Assembly: GCA_002689135.1 (NCBI GenBank)
Contig: NZEU01000030.1
Location: 17,677-71,050 of the forward strand
Source: Porticoccaceae bacterium
GTDB taxonomy: Bacteria > Pseudomonadota > Gammaproteobacteria > Pseudomonadales > Porticoccaceae
DNA: 53,374 nucleotides
Direction: 5' to 3'
Part shown: piece by piece, positions 10,768 to 21,693 of the stretch
How the letters are laid out: every line of letters begins with the position of its first letter
Position numbering within the stretch: the first letter of the stretch is position 1
Position numbers and translations under genes: made by a program
The notes under the pieces: model-generated
Databases searched by the model: none
The model's input: the letters and a program-made list of their open reading frames with translations, nothing else
Told to the model about the DNA's origin: nothing

Positions 10768-12345
10768 ATGGTCTCGGGTAAAAAAAAAATTAGCCGTGCA
10801 CTGATAAGTGTATCCGATAAAACAGGGATACTTGAATTTGCAAAATCACTGGCCGATTGCGGTATAGAACTACTTTCAACGGCCGGGACATTTAAACTTA
10901 TAAAAGATGCGGGTATAAATGTAATTGACGTCTCGGATTATACTGAACTTCCGGAGATGATGGATGGCCGCGTGAAAACTTTGCATCCACGAATTCACGG
11001 TGGAATCCTGGGTCGTCGCGGAACTGATGACCAAGTAATGGCAGAATTGGGCATCACTCCTATCGACATGGTAGTGGTCAATCTTTATCAATTTTCTGAG
11101 GCAGTAGAAACGAACCATTGTTCAATAGATCAAGCAATTGAGAATATTGATATTGGTGGACCCGCATTGATACGAGCTGCTGCTAAAAATCATAATGATG
11201 TCGCTGTGGCAGTGGACGTCAGAGATTATGCGAAACTTTGTGAGGAGTTGACACAAAATGATGGAGGGTTGTCATACCAGACCCGTTATTCATTGATGAC
11301 GAAAGCTTTCGCGCACACGACTGCTTATGACGGCATGATTTCTAATTACTTCGCTGAGCGTAACTTCAAAAATGAGAAAAGCCCATTTAAAAGTACTTAC
11401 AGTTTTCAATACAAAATAAGACAGGGACTTCGATATGGGGAAAACCCCCATCAAAAGGCTGCATTTTATGTTGCCGAAGATGCCAACGAATCGAATATAT
11501 CAACCGCTCAACAAATCCAGGGGAAACAACTGTCATTTAATAACATTGCAGACACCGACGCTGCGCTGGAATGCGTAAAACAATTCACTGAACCCGCATG
11601 TGTTATTGTAAAACATGCTAATCCGTGCGGGGTCGCTATCGCTGATTGTTTGTATAATGCCTATAAGGCGGCTCACTCGACAGATCCTGAGTCTGCCTAT
11701 GGGGGAATAATAGCTTTGAACGAAGAGTTAGACGAAATTACAGCGCAATCGATAATAGGAAATCAATTTCTAGAGGTTCTTATTGCACCATCAATAACGC
11801 CTGAAGCGCTCAAAGTACTAAAAAACAGAGGAAATATAAGGTGTCTACAATTTTCCGAATACAATCAAGCTTCTAAAATAGCTCACGACTACAAAAAAGT
11901 TGGCGGAGGATTACTTGTTCAGGATTATGACTCTCACATACTGTCGACAAATGATATATCAATAGTCACCGAGCGCGCCCCTACTGTAACACAGGTTGAA
12001 GACATGATTTTTACTTGGAAGGTCGCAAAAATGGTTAAATCGAATGCGATAGTATACGCAAAGAATGGGAGGACAATCGGTATTGGAGCGGGTCAAATGA
12101 GCCGAGTTAATTCAGCTCGAATTGCACTTATCAAAGCTGAACAAGCTGGGCTTGACGTTTCTGGAGCAGTTATGGCGTCGGACGCCTTTTTTCCCTTTCG
12201 AGACGGTATAGACGACGCTGCCAAAGCGGGAGTTTCCTGTATAATCCAACCGGGAGGATCCAAACGTGACGACGAGGTGATCTCCGCAGCAAATGAGCAC
12301 AACATAGCCATGGTCTTCACTGCCATACGACATTTCAGGCATTAA
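10768..12345 (+). CDS. purH: Bifunctional AICAR transformylase/IMP cyclohydrolase
   Basis: [51 protein letters not shown] end. Confidence 0.98.
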   Translation: MVSGKKKISRALISVSDKTGILEFAKSLADCGIELLSTAGTFKLIKDAGINVIDVSDYTELPEMMDGRVKTLHPRIHGGILGRRGTDDQVMAELGITPIDMVVVNLYQFSEAVETNHCSIDQAIENIDIGGPALIRAAAKNHNDVAVAVDVRDYAKLCEELTQNDGGLSYQTRYSLMTKAFAHTTAYDGMISNYFAERNFKNEKSPFKSTYSFQYKIRQGLRYGENPHQKAAFYVAEDANESNISTAQQIQGKQLSFNNIADTDAALECVKQFTEPACVIVKHANPCGVAIADCLYNAYKAAHSTDPESAYGGIIALNEELDEITAQSIIGNQFLEVLIAPSITPEALKVLKNRGNIRCLQFSEYNQASKIAHDYKKVGGGLLVQDYDSHILSTNDISIVTERAPTVTQVEDMIFTWKVAKMVKSNAIVYAKNGRTIGIGAGQMSRVNSARIALIKAEQAGLDVSGAVMASDAFFPFRDGIDDAAKAGVSCIIQPGGSKRDDEVISAANEHNIAMVFTAIRHFRH

Positions 12346-12368
12346 AAAACTGCCATAAACGGCCCTTA

Positions 12369-13814
12369 CTACACTGCCTTAATACTCTCAAATGCCGCAA
12401 GAGCGAGTGCTCTGGAACTTTTCACGTCTACAATCGGCTTGGGGTAATTGTCTCCCAATTTGATCCCAGCCGCACCAAGTGCCTCAAGAGAGGCCAACCA
12501 AGGCGCGTGAATATCTTTGTTCGAGAGCTTTGAAAGTTGCGGAACAAATCGGCGAATATATTTTCCTTCAGCATCGAATTTCTCACTTTGAGTAATGGGA
12601 TTAAAAATTCTGAAGAATGGTGCGGCATCGGTTCCGCAACCCGCGACCCACTGCCAGCCAGCGCTATTGCTTGCAAGATCAGCGTCGACTAAACAATCCC
12701 AAAACCACTTTTGGCCATGATACCAATGGATCAATAAATTTTTAACTAAGAAAGATCCAACCACCATCCGCACACGATTATGCATATACCCGGTTTCCCA
12801 AAGTTCTCTCATTCCAGCATCAACCAGTGGAAACCCCGTATTACCCTCTTCCCATGCTTTGAGATGCGAGGCCTCCGAACGCCAGGGAAATTTGTCAAAT
12901 CGAGTCTGCAAGTTCTTCACAGGCAACTCCGGAAAATGATACATCGTATAGTAAGAAAACTCTCGCCATCCCAATTCACTCAAAAACGTGTCCAGACTTT
13001 CTGCACTCTGAATCTTTTCAGAGCTATTTGTTGCCAAGAACCAAACCTTATTAGGCGAAATTTGTCCGAAGCGTAGGTAAGGAGAAAGTCGAGAAACCTT
13101 CGAATCATGGGGGAAATTACGTCCTTGACGATAGTCATTTAATCGATTCGAAACAAAATCAGTAGCGCACCTTTGAGCACTTTTTTCACCAATATCCCAG
13201 TACGGCGATAATTTGAGATGCCAATTAATATTAGGCAACAAATTCAGGTCCCGTAAATTACAAGCACTATGTTTTCGATCTGGAGCAGCGTATCGTATCT
13301 TTTTTGGAATAGGAATAGGTGCGCGGGGCGGCGGCATTGACAAACAACCTCGTCGATAGTATGGAGTGTATACTCGGTAAGGCTCCCCATTATTTTTTAG
13401 AACCTGCCAGGGCTCCCAAAGTAAGCTGCCATTAGCAGTTACAACTTCAACTCCGTTATCTAATAATCGTTGTTTTAATTTTGTGTCTCTATTAATTCGC
13501 CAAGGCTCATAACAGCGATTCCAGAATACACTTTGAGAGTTATATGCTTTAGCAAGTTTTGGTAAAAGCGTGAGGGCGTCACCCGAGTAAAATCTGAGTA
13601 ATCCTCCCAATGACTCATCTAAGTCCTGTAGTGCAGAATTTAGCCACCAGCGACTTGCACCACCCAGCTTATGTATTCCAGGATTGACATCATCAAGGAT
13701 ATAAATTGGTACAATGAAGCCTCGCTGACAGGCTTCAGCAAATGCAGGGTTATCTGAAATACGTAAGTCCTGACGAAACCAAAAAATTACGTTCTTGTCT
13801 GATGAGTTTCCCAT
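12369..13814 (-). CDS. phrB: Deoxyribodipyrimidine (CPD) photolyase, class III-like
   Basis: WFRQDLR..DN, SRLSPYL.FG.IS, ELGWREF, TG.MHNRVRM, DADLA.N..GWQWVAG.G.DAAP.FRIFNP. Confidence 0.93.
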   Translation of the reverse strand: MGNSSDKNVIFWFRQDLRISDNPAFAEACQRGFIVPIYILDDVNPGIHKLGGASRWWLNSALQDLDESLGGLLRFYSGDALTLLPKLAKAYNSQSVFWNRCYEPWRINRDTKLKQRLLDNGVEVVTANGSLLWEPWQVLKNNGEPYRVYTPYYRRGCLSMPPPRAPIPIPKKIRYAAPDRKHSACNLRDLNLLPNINWHLKLSPYWDIGEKSAQRCATDFVSNRLNDYRQGRNFPHDSKVSRLSPYLRFGQISPNKVWFLATNSSEKIQSAESLDTFLSELGWREFSYYTMYHFPELPVKNLQTRFDKFPWRSEASHLKAWEEGNTGFPLVDAGMRELWETGYMHNRVRMVVGSFLVKNLLIHWYHGQKWFWDCLVDADLASNSAGWQWVAGCGTDAAPFFRIFNPITQSEKFDAEGKYIRRFVPQLSKLSNKDIHAPWLASLEALGAAGIKLGDNYPKPIVDVKSSRALALAAFESIKAV

Positions 13815-13964
13815 AGTTGCTCCTTCTTCTATATCAAAGATAACTACTTTAAAAACTCTATATACGTTACTGATTCCTCATTATTTCAAAATCTTTTGTG
13901 TAAATTAATAGCTTACTTAATCCGATGATTTTATTGGCGCTTGTCACACTAAAATAATCAACTC

Positions 13965-13973
13965 TGATACACT
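13965..13973 (+). promoter_or_regulatory. Putative extended -10 promoter element for purD
   Basis: TGATACACT (TGn-TAnnnT) 28 nt upstream of purD ATG. Confidence 0.4.
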
Positions 13974-14001
13974 GTAACGTATATCGGTTGAGAAATAATT
14001 C

Positions 14002-15300
14002 ATGAAAGTTTTAATAGTTGGTGCTGGTGGCAGAGAGCATGCACTGGCGTGGAAGGTCGGTAAAAGCTCATTGGTCGACCACGTATACGTCGCACCCGGA
14101 AATGCCGGAACGGCACAAGAAAATTGCGTGGAGAATATCGATATAAGATCAGATGACCTCACTGCATTAGCCGATTTCGCTCAGCTCCAAAATATTGGAC
14201 TTACAATCGTCGGGCCTGAAAAACCGCTTGTTGACGGGATAGTTGATTTATTTCTAAGCCGTAATCTGAAGATTTTTGGACCCACGCAAGCGGCCTCACG
14301 GCTCGAGGGGTCTAAAGAATTTTCGAAAGCATTCTTAGTGAGAAATCAAATTCCTACAGCAAAGTACGAAAGCTTCTCAAACGCAAAAAAAGCAAGGCAG
14401 TATGTTAGAGAAAACGGTACCCCCATCGTGATAAAAGCGGACGGACTAGCGGCAGGCAAGGGCGTAATAATAGCTAACAATATTTTTGAAGCGGAAAAGG
14501 CGATCAGCGACATGTTGGAAAGAAAAAGATTCGGAAAAGCCGCTCGTAAAATTGTAATAGAGGAGTTTTTAGAAGGTGATGAGGCAAGTTTTATTGTAAT
14601 GGTAGACGGTAAAAATGTTCTACCAATGGCTACCAGCCAAGACTACAAACGCGCTGGTGACGGTGACGTAGGGCCTAATACCGGAGGTATGGGAGCCTGC
14701 TCACCCGCGCCTGTAATAACTCCCGAATTACATCAACGAATCATTCAGGAGATCATCTCACCGACCGTAAAGAAGATGGCCGAGGAAGGGAATCCCTATT
14801 CTGGCTTTTTGTATGCAGGTTTAATGATCTCCAAAACTGGAGATCCTAAGGTGGTTGAATTCAACTGTCGTTTTGGTGATCCCGAGGCTCAACCAGTGCT
14901 CGTTCGAATGAAATCGGATCTAGTGGCTCACTGTTTAGCCGCCATTAATGGTCAACTACACAGGGAATCGGCAGAATGGGAAGCAAAAAATTCTGTCGGA
15001 GTTGTATTGGCGTCGATAGGCTATCCGGATAAATACAAGACAGGGTCACAAGTGACGGTCATAAAAGAAACTCGTAAAAAAACGCATAATGGATTAATTT
15101 TTCATGCGGGAACTACTTTAATTGACAATATCATACGCACAAGTGGAGGCCGTGTCTTCTGCGCAACTGCCTTGGGGGATAGCCAGGATGACGCTCGTTT
15201 GAATGCTTACGATCTTCTAAAACAAATTGAATGTGATAATCTCTTCTGTCGTAAAGATATTGGGTTTCGGGTATCCAAGGTGGATCACAACTTTTCATAA
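14002..15300 (+). CDS. purD: Phosphoribosylamine--glycine ligase
   Basis: G.GGREHAL, APGNAG, LEGSK.F.K, KADGLAAGKGV, GPNTGGMGA, EFNCRFGDPE. Confidence 0.98.
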   Translation: MKVLIVGAGGREHALAWKVGKSSLVDHVYVAPGNAGTAQENCVENIDIRSDDLTALADFAQLQNIGLTIVGPEKPLVDGIVDLFLSRNLKIFGPTQAASRLEGSKEFSKAFLVRNQIPTAKYESFSNAKKARQYVRENGTPIVIKADGLAAGKGVIIANNIFEAEKAISDMLERKRFGKAARKIVIEEFLEGDEASFIVMVDGKNVLPMATSQDYKRAGDGDVGPNTGGMGACSPAPVITPELHQRIIQEIISPTVKKMAEEGNPYSGFLYAGLMISKTGDPKVVEFNCRFGDPEAQPVLVRMKSDLVAHCLAAINGQLHRESAEWEAKNSVGVVLASIGYPDKYKTGSQVTVIKETRKKTHNGLIFHAGTTLIDNIIRTSGGRVFCATALGDSQDDARLNAYDLLKQIECDNLFCRKDIGFRVSKVDHNFS

Positions 15301-15329
15301 GTTTGAGCCTAGTGCTTTCAAAAATTCGG

Positions 15330-16286
15330 CTAACCCAGATCTTGCTCCTCCTTATTCATGATAACTTGAGTTATCTGGTTTACTAGCCAACGATGTATAG
15401 GAGATTCAAACGTCCTCTTATGCTGGAGCAGTACAAGTGTTATCGTCTGTTCATGTGGAAGATCATCTGGAAAACCCTTTCGTACAATTGGATAAATATT
15501 TTCCTCAATCGTATGTCCATATCGGGCCGCAACCATAAGACAATTACTCCTGCTTATTGTCTCCAAAGCTGTCATAAATTGTTTCGTGACTAACGCTTTA
15601 GTGCGCTTTCTACCAAGCCTACGGAGGGTTTTGTCAAAACGCGCGTCTGTGCGGGCACTAACCCGCTTTGCGATTAAAAGATAATATTGAACGAAAGGAT
15701 ACTCCAATATTTCGTCTAGACTGATGGAATTTTGGTCTGCCAAGGGATGACCTTCTCTCATCCAAATGGAAGGACTATAATTGACCAAATGAGTGGCCTC
15801 AATATCTGTTCCCAGAGGTTTATCGATGTCAATGGCAAAATCAAGAATCCCTTCCGCAAGCTCTCGCTCCACTGAATCAGTATCGCTTGAGATAGACAAA
15901 ACCACTCCTGGAGCAACACCGCTAAGGAGTTCTATTAAGCGAGACACAACAGAAATCGCAAAAAATTCTGGAACCGCTATTGTAATCTCACCCACATAGG
16001 ACGCTGGATCGAACTCTCCAACACTAATCATCGCTAGAATGCTATCAAGCATTGCGGGTAAACGAAGCTGTAAATCTTGTGCCTTAGGTGTTGCCACTAA
16101 TTCATTCCCAGATCGTGTAAAAAGGGGATCATCGAGTTGTTGCCTCAATCTCTGCAGAACTCTGCTCATGGCCGGCTGAGTGATAAACAACCTTTTTGCA
16201 GCACGAGTAACACTTCGCTCTTCGAGCAAGGCTTGAAGAGCGACGAACAAATTTAGATCCAAACGAGACAACTTTTGTAAATTCAT
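15330..16286 (-). CDS. LysR-family transcriptional regulator
   Basis: LDLNL..ALQALLEERSVTRAA.RLFITQPAMSR.L.RLR..LDDPLF.R HTH plus substrate-binding domain. Confidence 0.95.
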   Translation of the reverse strand: MNLQKLSRLDLNLFVALQALLEERSVTRAAKRLFITQPAMSRVLQRLRQQLDDPLFTRSGNELVATPKAQDLQLRLPAMLDSILAMISVGEFDPASYVGEITIAVPEFFAISVVSRLIELLSGVAPGVVLSISSDTDSVERELAEGILDFAIDIDKPLGTDIEATHLVNYSPSIWMREGHPLADQNSISLDEILEYPFVQYYLLIAKRVSARTDARFDKTLRRLGRKRTKALVTKQFMTALETISRSNCLMVAARYGHTIEENIYPIVRKGFPDDLPHEQTITLVLLQHKRTFESPIHRWLVNQITQVIMNKEEQDLG

Positions 16287-16334
16287 TAGTTAAAAACCAT
16301 ATATAACAAAATAGCATAAATACAATAAGTAATA

Positions 16335-16376
16335 ATAACAAATATATATGTTATTTTGTCATAAAAAATAACATAT
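16335..16376. promoter_or_regulatory. AT-rich inverted repeats upstream of LysR (candidate operator)
   Basis: ATAACA-N8-TGTTAT (16335-16354) overlapping a 12-bp IR atatgttatttt-N7-aaaataacatat (16346-16376). Confidence 0.5.
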
Positions 16377-16478
16377 TTTTGATTGTATTTTTTTACCCTT
16401 ACTAATTCATGGTGGGAGTTATTATTACTTTTGGATTACTAATGTTATATTGTTAGACATTAGATTTTGAGGCGAAAG

Positions 16479-17279
16479 CTAAGTTCGAAATAGCTCTATG
16501 ATTCTTGAACCCGGATCAAAACAACTCATAAAGGTCTCGCCAACCAAAAAAGCATGTACATTATGTTCGCGCATCGAATCTACATCCTCCCGTGAATGAA
16601 TACCGCTCTCAGTAACCACCAAATAATTTTTGGGGATGTAAGGTATCAAGTCAAAAGTAGTTTGCAGTGTTGTTTCGAATGTATGCAGGTTGCGATTATT
16701 TATACCTATCAATGAATTTTTTAGCGTCATTGCTATCTCAAGTTCCGCTTTATCATGAACCTCAACCAGAACGTCCATTTTTAAATCGGTCGCCAGTGCA
16801 TAAAGATCCTTCAACATCGGAGTCGACAAAATGGCCACAATCAATAAAATACAGTCCGCTCCCAGAATTCTTGCCTCATAAACTTGATAAGGATCTATAA
16901 TAAAGTCTTTTCGCAACAAAGGGAGGCTACAATGTGTTCGAATAGACTTTAAATATTGATTACATCCTTTAAAAAAATTCTCATCGGTGAGTATAGACAA
17001 ACATGTCGCGCCGCCATCCGAATAACTCTGTGCTATTTCTATTGGATCGAAATCCTGTCTTATCATACCAACACTCGGTGATGCGCGTTTAACCTCAGCA
17101 ATGACAGCATCTCGGCCTGTTTGGATGCAATCTTTCAAGGCAAAGTAAAATCCTCTTACAGGGGGCGCTTCATCAAGTTGATGGACCAGTCTGTGCTGAG
17201 GAAATTTGGACTTTCGCACCGCTACTTCAATTAATTTTTGATTAACGATCTTATTTAAAATTGTGCTCACAGGAGCCAT
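16479..17279 (-). CDS. trpC: Indole-3-glycerol phosphate synthase
   Basis: IAEVKRASPS.G, LSILTD..FF.G, LRKDFI.D.YQ, GINNRNL.TF, ESGI. Confidence 0.98.
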   Translation of the reverse strand: MAPVSTILNKIVNQKLIEVAVRKSKFPQHRLVHQLDEAPPVRGFYFALKDCIQTGRDAVIAEVKRASPSVGMIRQDFDPIEIAQSYSDGGATCLSILTDENFFKGCNQYLKSIRTHCSLPLLRKDFIIDPYQVYEARILGADCILLIVAILSTPMLKDLYALATDLKMDVLVEVHDKAELEIAMTLKNSLIGINNRNLHTFETTLQTTFDLIPYIPKNYLVVTESGIHSREDVDSMREHNVHAFLVGETFMSCFDPGSRIIELFRT

Positions 17280-17326
17280 CAAAAATTACCCATCCTTTTT
17301 GTTAAGCGCATAAGATCAGATCAATT

Positions 17327-18370
17327 TTAACGTTGTTTACTTTTAAATCCTTGAGTAAAGTCAACGAGTTGTGTAATTTTTGCACGTGCCAAACCACTTG
17401 CAATGGTTTCCTTCGCTAAGTGAAAACCATCGGCAATATTTTTTACCGCTCCAGATACATATAATGCAGCGCCAGCATTAATGGCTATTATGTCTCTGGC
17501 GGCCTTCGAATACTTATGCTCTTGCGCTCCAAAAGAGTCCATAATGATTTTCACGGACTCTCTCGGACATTTGACGGAAAGTCCTTCCAAGCTTTGATGC
17601 TTCATACCAAAGGCTTGTGGTTTTAAGGTGTATTTATAAGTTTCACCACAATCAAACTCCACAATTTCAGTATCCTTAACTATGCTAATTTCATCAAGAC
17701 CATCTCCAGAATGCAACACCATCACTCGTTTTGAACCCAACTGCCCCAGTACTTTAGCTACTGGCACGCAGAGGTCTCGGGAATAGACACCAATTAATTG
17801 TCTCTGGCTCTCCGCAGGATTAGTCATCGGACCTAGGATATTAAAGATCGTCCTTAAGCCCAGCGCCTTTCTCGCTACGACCACATGACGCATCGCAGGA
17901 TGGTGGACAGGTGCAAACATAAAGCCGATTCCTACCTCTTCGACACATAAACCTATTTGTTTTGGAGACAAGTTTATATTGACTCCAGCCGATTCCAGAA
18001 CATCAGCTGCACCACTGCTGCTGGTCACAGAGCGATTGCCATGCTTAGCAACCTTTACACCTGCCGCAGCTACTACAAAGCTACTAGCCGTAGAGATATT
18101 GAATAAATTGGCTCTATCCCCTCCTGTACCAACTATGTCCACTACATCTAAACCACTTATACGCACTGGAATAACGAGTTCACGCATTGCCTGAACGGCA
18201 CCCTTTATTTCCTCCACTGTCTCATTTTTTAAGCGCAATGCCACTAGAAAAGCACCGATCTGCGCATCTTCGGCATTGCCATTCATAATATGCCGCATCA
18301 CCGCTTTCATTTCATCTGAGGTTAAATCTTGGCCATCCACAATGCGCGCGATTGCCGTTTTAAAATCCAT
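17327..18370 (-). CDS. trpD: Anthranilate phosphoribosyltransferase
   Basis: DIVGTGGD, FNIST, KHGNRS.TS.SG.AD, RTIFNILGP.TNP, GLDEIS; TGATG coupling to trpG. Confidence 0.98.
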   Translation of the reverse strand: MDFKTAIARIVDGQDLTSDEMKAVMRHIMNGNAEDAQIGAFLVALRLKNETVEEIKGAVQAMRELVIPVRISGLDVVDIVGTGGDRANLFNISTASSFVVAAAGVKVAKHGNRSVTSSSGAADVLESAGVNINLSPKQIGLCVEEVGIGFMFAPVHHPAMRHVVVARKALGLRTIFNILGPMTNPAESQRQLIGVYSRDLCVPVAKVLGQLGSKRVMVLHSGDGLDEISIVKDTEIVEFDCGETYKYTLKPQAFGMKHQSLEGLSVKCPRESVKIIMDSFGAQEHKYSKAARDIIAINAGAALYVSGAVKNIADGFHLAKETIASGLARAKITQLVDFTQGFKSKQR

Positions 18371-18951
18371 CAAGAATTCTCCAAAAAATTTTTTAAAAGA
18401 GCATGTCCGTGCTCGGTAAGAATTGACTCTGGATGAAACTGAACTCCCTGTAACGAGTAATCCCGATGCCTAAACGCCATAATCTCATCGTTCTCTCCTG
18501 TTGAACGTCTGCTCCAAGCGGTGACCTCCAAACAACTGGGAAGACTAAGCCAATCTACCACTAAAGAATGGTAACGCGTGGCCAAAATAGGCGTATCAAG
18601 TCCAGAGAAAACTCCCACTCCAGTATGGTAGATCAAAGAGGTTTTTCCATGCATCACCCTTCTTGCTCTGACGACAGTACCTCCCAGCGCCTGTGCGATA
18701 CTTTGGTGACCCAAACATATACCGAGAATAGGAAAAACACCCGCAAACTCTCGAACCACTTTCATAGAAATCCCCGCTTCGTCAGGAGTACAGGGGCCGG
18801 GGGATATAACAATTTTCCCCGGATTCATATGTTTAATTTCATTAATGGTAATCTCATCATTGCGAAAAACACGCACTGTGGCACCTAACTCACTGAGATA
18901 TTGAACGACGTTATATGTAAATGAATCGTAATTATCCAACATCAGAATCAT
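18370..18951 (-). CDS. trpG: Anthranilate synthase component II (glutamine amidotransferase)
   Basis: [36 protein letters not shown]; lies between trpE and trpD. Confidence 0.96.
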   Translation of the reverse strand: MILMLDNYDSFTYNVVQYLSELGATVRVFRNDEITINEIKHMNPGKIVISPGPCTPDEAGISMKVVREFAGVFPILGICLGHQSIAQALGGTVVRARRVMHGKTSLIYHTGVGVFSGLDTPILATRYHSLVVDWLSLPSCLEVTAWSRRSTGENDEIMAFRHRDYSLQGVQFHPESILTEHGHALLKNFLENS

Positions 18952-20422
18952 GAACTTTCCTTTCATTCGCCATACCTGCGGCTTTTATAATAGCTTTTGC
19001 TTTATTCATAGTTTCTTGCCACTCCATCTCAGGATCAGAATCTGCAACCACTCCACCTCCCGCTTGAACATAAAGAGTATTGTCCTTTATCACTGCAGTT
19101 CTAATCGCGATCGCAGTATCAACATTGCCATTCCAACCAATGTAACCGATAGCTCCTCCATATATATTCCTTTTAACAGGCTCGAGTTCGTCGATGATTT
19201 GCATCGCCCTAACCTTTGGAGCGCCGCTCAACGTCCCAGCGGGTAATGTTGCACGTATGATATCCAGCGGTCCAACCCCAGGCTTTAGCTGCCCGACAAC
19301 ATTTGACGTAATATGCATGACATGTGAATATCTCTCAACAACCATCTTCTCAGTGACCTCGACGGTACCGGACAAACTTACTCTTCCCACATCATTACGA
19401 CCCAGATCAATAAGCATTAAATGCTCTGCTAGCTCCTTTGGATCTGAAAGCATTTCCTGTTCTAATTTTTCGTCCTCGAAACTGTTTTTGCCACGAGGTC
19501 TCGTGCCGGCAATTGGTCTGACAGTCAACAAGCCGTCCTCTACTCGGGCTAAAACTTCCGGTGACGAACCAACTATTTGACACATGTCTAATTGAAGATA
19601 GTACAAATATGGAGATGGATTAAACAGTCTCAGTGCTCGGTAAAGATTAATGGCCGGAGCAGAAAAAGGTGCAGATAAACGTTGTGATGGCACAACTTGC
19701 ATAATATCTCCCGCGAGAATGTAATCCTTTACTCTCTCAACCGCTGCTTTGTAGTCAGCTTTCTCAAAACTAGAAATAAATTTTACTGATGGATCACCGC
19801 TCAAATTAAGTTCTGGAAGCCTAGGAACGGGAAGTTTGAGTTGCGCCTCTAATTCGTCCAGACGAGTAGTTGCCTTAGACAGAGCATCGCACTCGGCTGG
19901 ATCTGCATGCACAATAATCGAGAGCTTTCCCTTAAGACTATCAAAAACTACAATCTCATTAGACACCATTAAAAAAATATCGGGAATTCCAAGAGCATCG
20001 TGTGGGGCAGAGTTTGATAATACAGGTTCCTCATAGCGAACCGTGTCATAGCCAAAGTAACCCACTAGACCACCACAAAAACGAGGCAAATAAGATAGTT
20101 CTGGCACCCTAAAAGACTTTCGAAAATCGTCGACCTCACGTAAAGGGTCTTTTGTTTGGTACCTATCAATGCAATTCCCATTGCGGCTTATTTTAACGTT
20201 ATAATCTGAAACCTGCAGAGTGATGTCTGATCGCAACCCTATAAGGGAGTACCTTCCCCATTTTTCCCCACCTTGCACCGACTCAAATAGATAGGAGTTC
20301 TTACTATTAGCTAATTTCAAGTAGACAGTCAGCGGTGTTTCAAAATCTGCAACCACCTCACGTGTAATAGGAACCAGGTTATATTTCAATTTTGCGTAGT
20401 TCGCGAACTCTTTGGGATTCAA
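18932..20422 (-). CDS. trpE: Anthranilate synthase component I
   Basis: [54 protein letters not shown]; TTG start at 20422 chosen from GAGGTG RBS (ORF extends to 20449). Confidence 0.97.
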   Translation of the reverse strand: MNPKEFANYAKLKYNLVPITREVVADFETPLTVYLKLANSKNSYLFESVQGGEKWGRYSLIGLRSDITLQVSDYNVKISRNGNCIDRYQTKDPLREVDDFRKSFRVPELSYLPRFCGGLVGYFGYDTVRYEEPVLSNSAPHDALGIPDIFLMVSNEIVVFDSLKGKLSIIVHADPAECDALSKATTRLDELEAQLKLPVPRLPELNLSGDPSVKFISSFEKADYKAAVERVKDYILAGDIMQVVPSQRLSAPFSAPAINLYRALRLFNPSPYLYYLQLDMCQIVGSSPEVLARVEDGLLTVRPIAGTRPRGKNSFEDEKLEQEMLSDPKELAEHLMLIDLGRNDVGRVSLSGTVEVTEKMVVERYSHVMHITSNVVGQLKPGVGPLDIIRATLPAGTLSGAPKVRAMQIIDELEPVKRNIYGGAIGYIGWNGNVDTAIAIRTAVIKDNTLYVQAGGGVVADSDPEMEWQETMNKAKAIIKAAGMANERKVHDSDVG

Positions 20423-20557
20423 CTGATCCACCTCATCGGAGGTATACAAATATACACTGTAAAAAAAGATATCTTTACTTTAAACTTTCCCTAAATGATC
20501 GGGCACACAGTTTAACTATGGTAAACTCAGCGGACGAGTCTCAGAAAAATCCTTCTA

Positions 20558-21235
20558 TTACAGGCTGACGACCTCCTCAAGCTCAGCTCGCATTTGTGAG
20601 ATAACCGAAGCGTAGTCCTGTGACCCAAAAATTGCGGAACCAGCGACAAAAGTATCCGCCCCGGCAGAAGCTACCTCCGCAATATTTTCTACACCAATTC
20701 CACCATCAACTTCTAAAAGAATTTCCCTGCTACCTGTGTCAATAAGGTCCCTTACCAAATGTATCTTTTTCAGTGTTTGGGTAATAAACTTTTGGCCGCT
20801 AAACCCGGGATTGACGGACATAAGCACGATCATATCTAAACGATCTAGCAACCACTTAAGTATTTCGATAGTTGAACCTGGATTAAAAACCAGTCCTCCC
20901 TTGCAACCTAATTCATTAATTAACTGAAGAGATCGGTCAACATGATCCGAAGCCTCTGGATGAAAAGAAATATACGTTGCACCAACATCTGCGAACATGC
21001 GAATCATTTCATCAACGGGCTGAACCATGAGGTGAACATCAATTGGAGCAGTTACTCCTGATTTTCTGAGTGCCTCACACACCATTGGGCCTATACTCAG
21101 ATTTGGCACGTAATGGTTATCCATGACGTCGAAATGTATAAAATCCGCCCCCGCTGACAACACTGCTTCAACTTCAGCACCGAGACAAGAAAAATCCGAA
21201 GCCAGAATTGACGGTGCAATTATGTAACGACCCAT
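20558..21235 (-). CDS. rpe: Ribulose-phosphate 3-epimerase
   Basis: [47 protein letters not shown]. Confidence 0.98.
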   Translation of the reverse strand: MGRYIIAPSILASDFSCLGAEVEAVLSAGADFIHFDVMDNHYVPNLSIGPMVCEALRKSGVTAPIDVHLMVQPVDEMIRMFADVGATYISFHPEASDHVDRSLQLINELGCKGGLVFNPGSTIEILKWLLDRLDMIVLMSVNPGFSGQKFITQTLKKIHLVRDLIDTGSREILLEVDGGIGVENIAEVASAGADTFVAGSAIFGSQDYASVISQMRAELEEVVSL

Positions 21236-21621
21236 ATATTCCTCACATACACAAAAATGCTCTCATTAAAGACTGAATTTTACTGAACACTCTGCTTAAA
21301 TTATGGTGGACGGGGTTTTGATAACCGCAACCATCCCCAACAGCACCGCCACACAGGATCTTCGATAGCTAATGATACCATCACAAAACTCCATCACTTT
21401 AGCAGTTATAACCAGAACCTCAATGCTAATTTACTCATAATGCAAAGACTTGATCGAAATGTAAGCAGTGTAATAGTAACGATAGTTTCCAAGTTACTAT
21501 TAAACTGTGACGTTTTTCATGGCTTACCGCGTCCTAATGCTAAACAAATCACGCATCCTCTCCCAAAGTTGATTGATAATAACTTTTAAATTGACTTTAA
21601 GGTGGCCGTTGATAACTGACC

Positions 21622-21649
21622 TTGCAATCGAATTGCGGCGCGATATTAT
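21622..21649 (+). promoter_or_regulatory. Putative sigma70 promoter of gshB operon
   Basis: TTGCAA-N16-TATTAT, 44 nt upstream of gshB GTG. Confidence 0.45.
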
Positions 21650-21693
21650 TGTGATCTACCGTTTTTATGGCCCAACTTGGAGTTTGACAAGAA

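Noticed and set aside
18105-18135. TrpD GTGGDR instead of GTGGDG
   Set aside because: This variant is known in functional TrpD proteins
18932-18951. 20-nt trpE/trpG overlap as a possible fusion or frameshift
   Set aside because: Both genes are complete and trpG has its own AGGA RBS; ordinary coupling
20450-20557. Possible trp attenuator upstream of trpE
   Set aside because: No leader peptide with Trp codons; only a short AAAGATATCTTT palindrome
21303-21350. Minus-strand ...gcggttatcaaaaccccgtccacca resembling a tRNA/tmRNA 3' end
   Set aside because: No proper TTCRA T-loop, no cloverleaf or matching acceptor 5' strand, and no integrase nearby
21315-21620. Recurring TTGATAA words as possible DnaA boxes or origin
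   Set aside because: Poor match to TTATCCACA, few copies, and no oriC-type gene context
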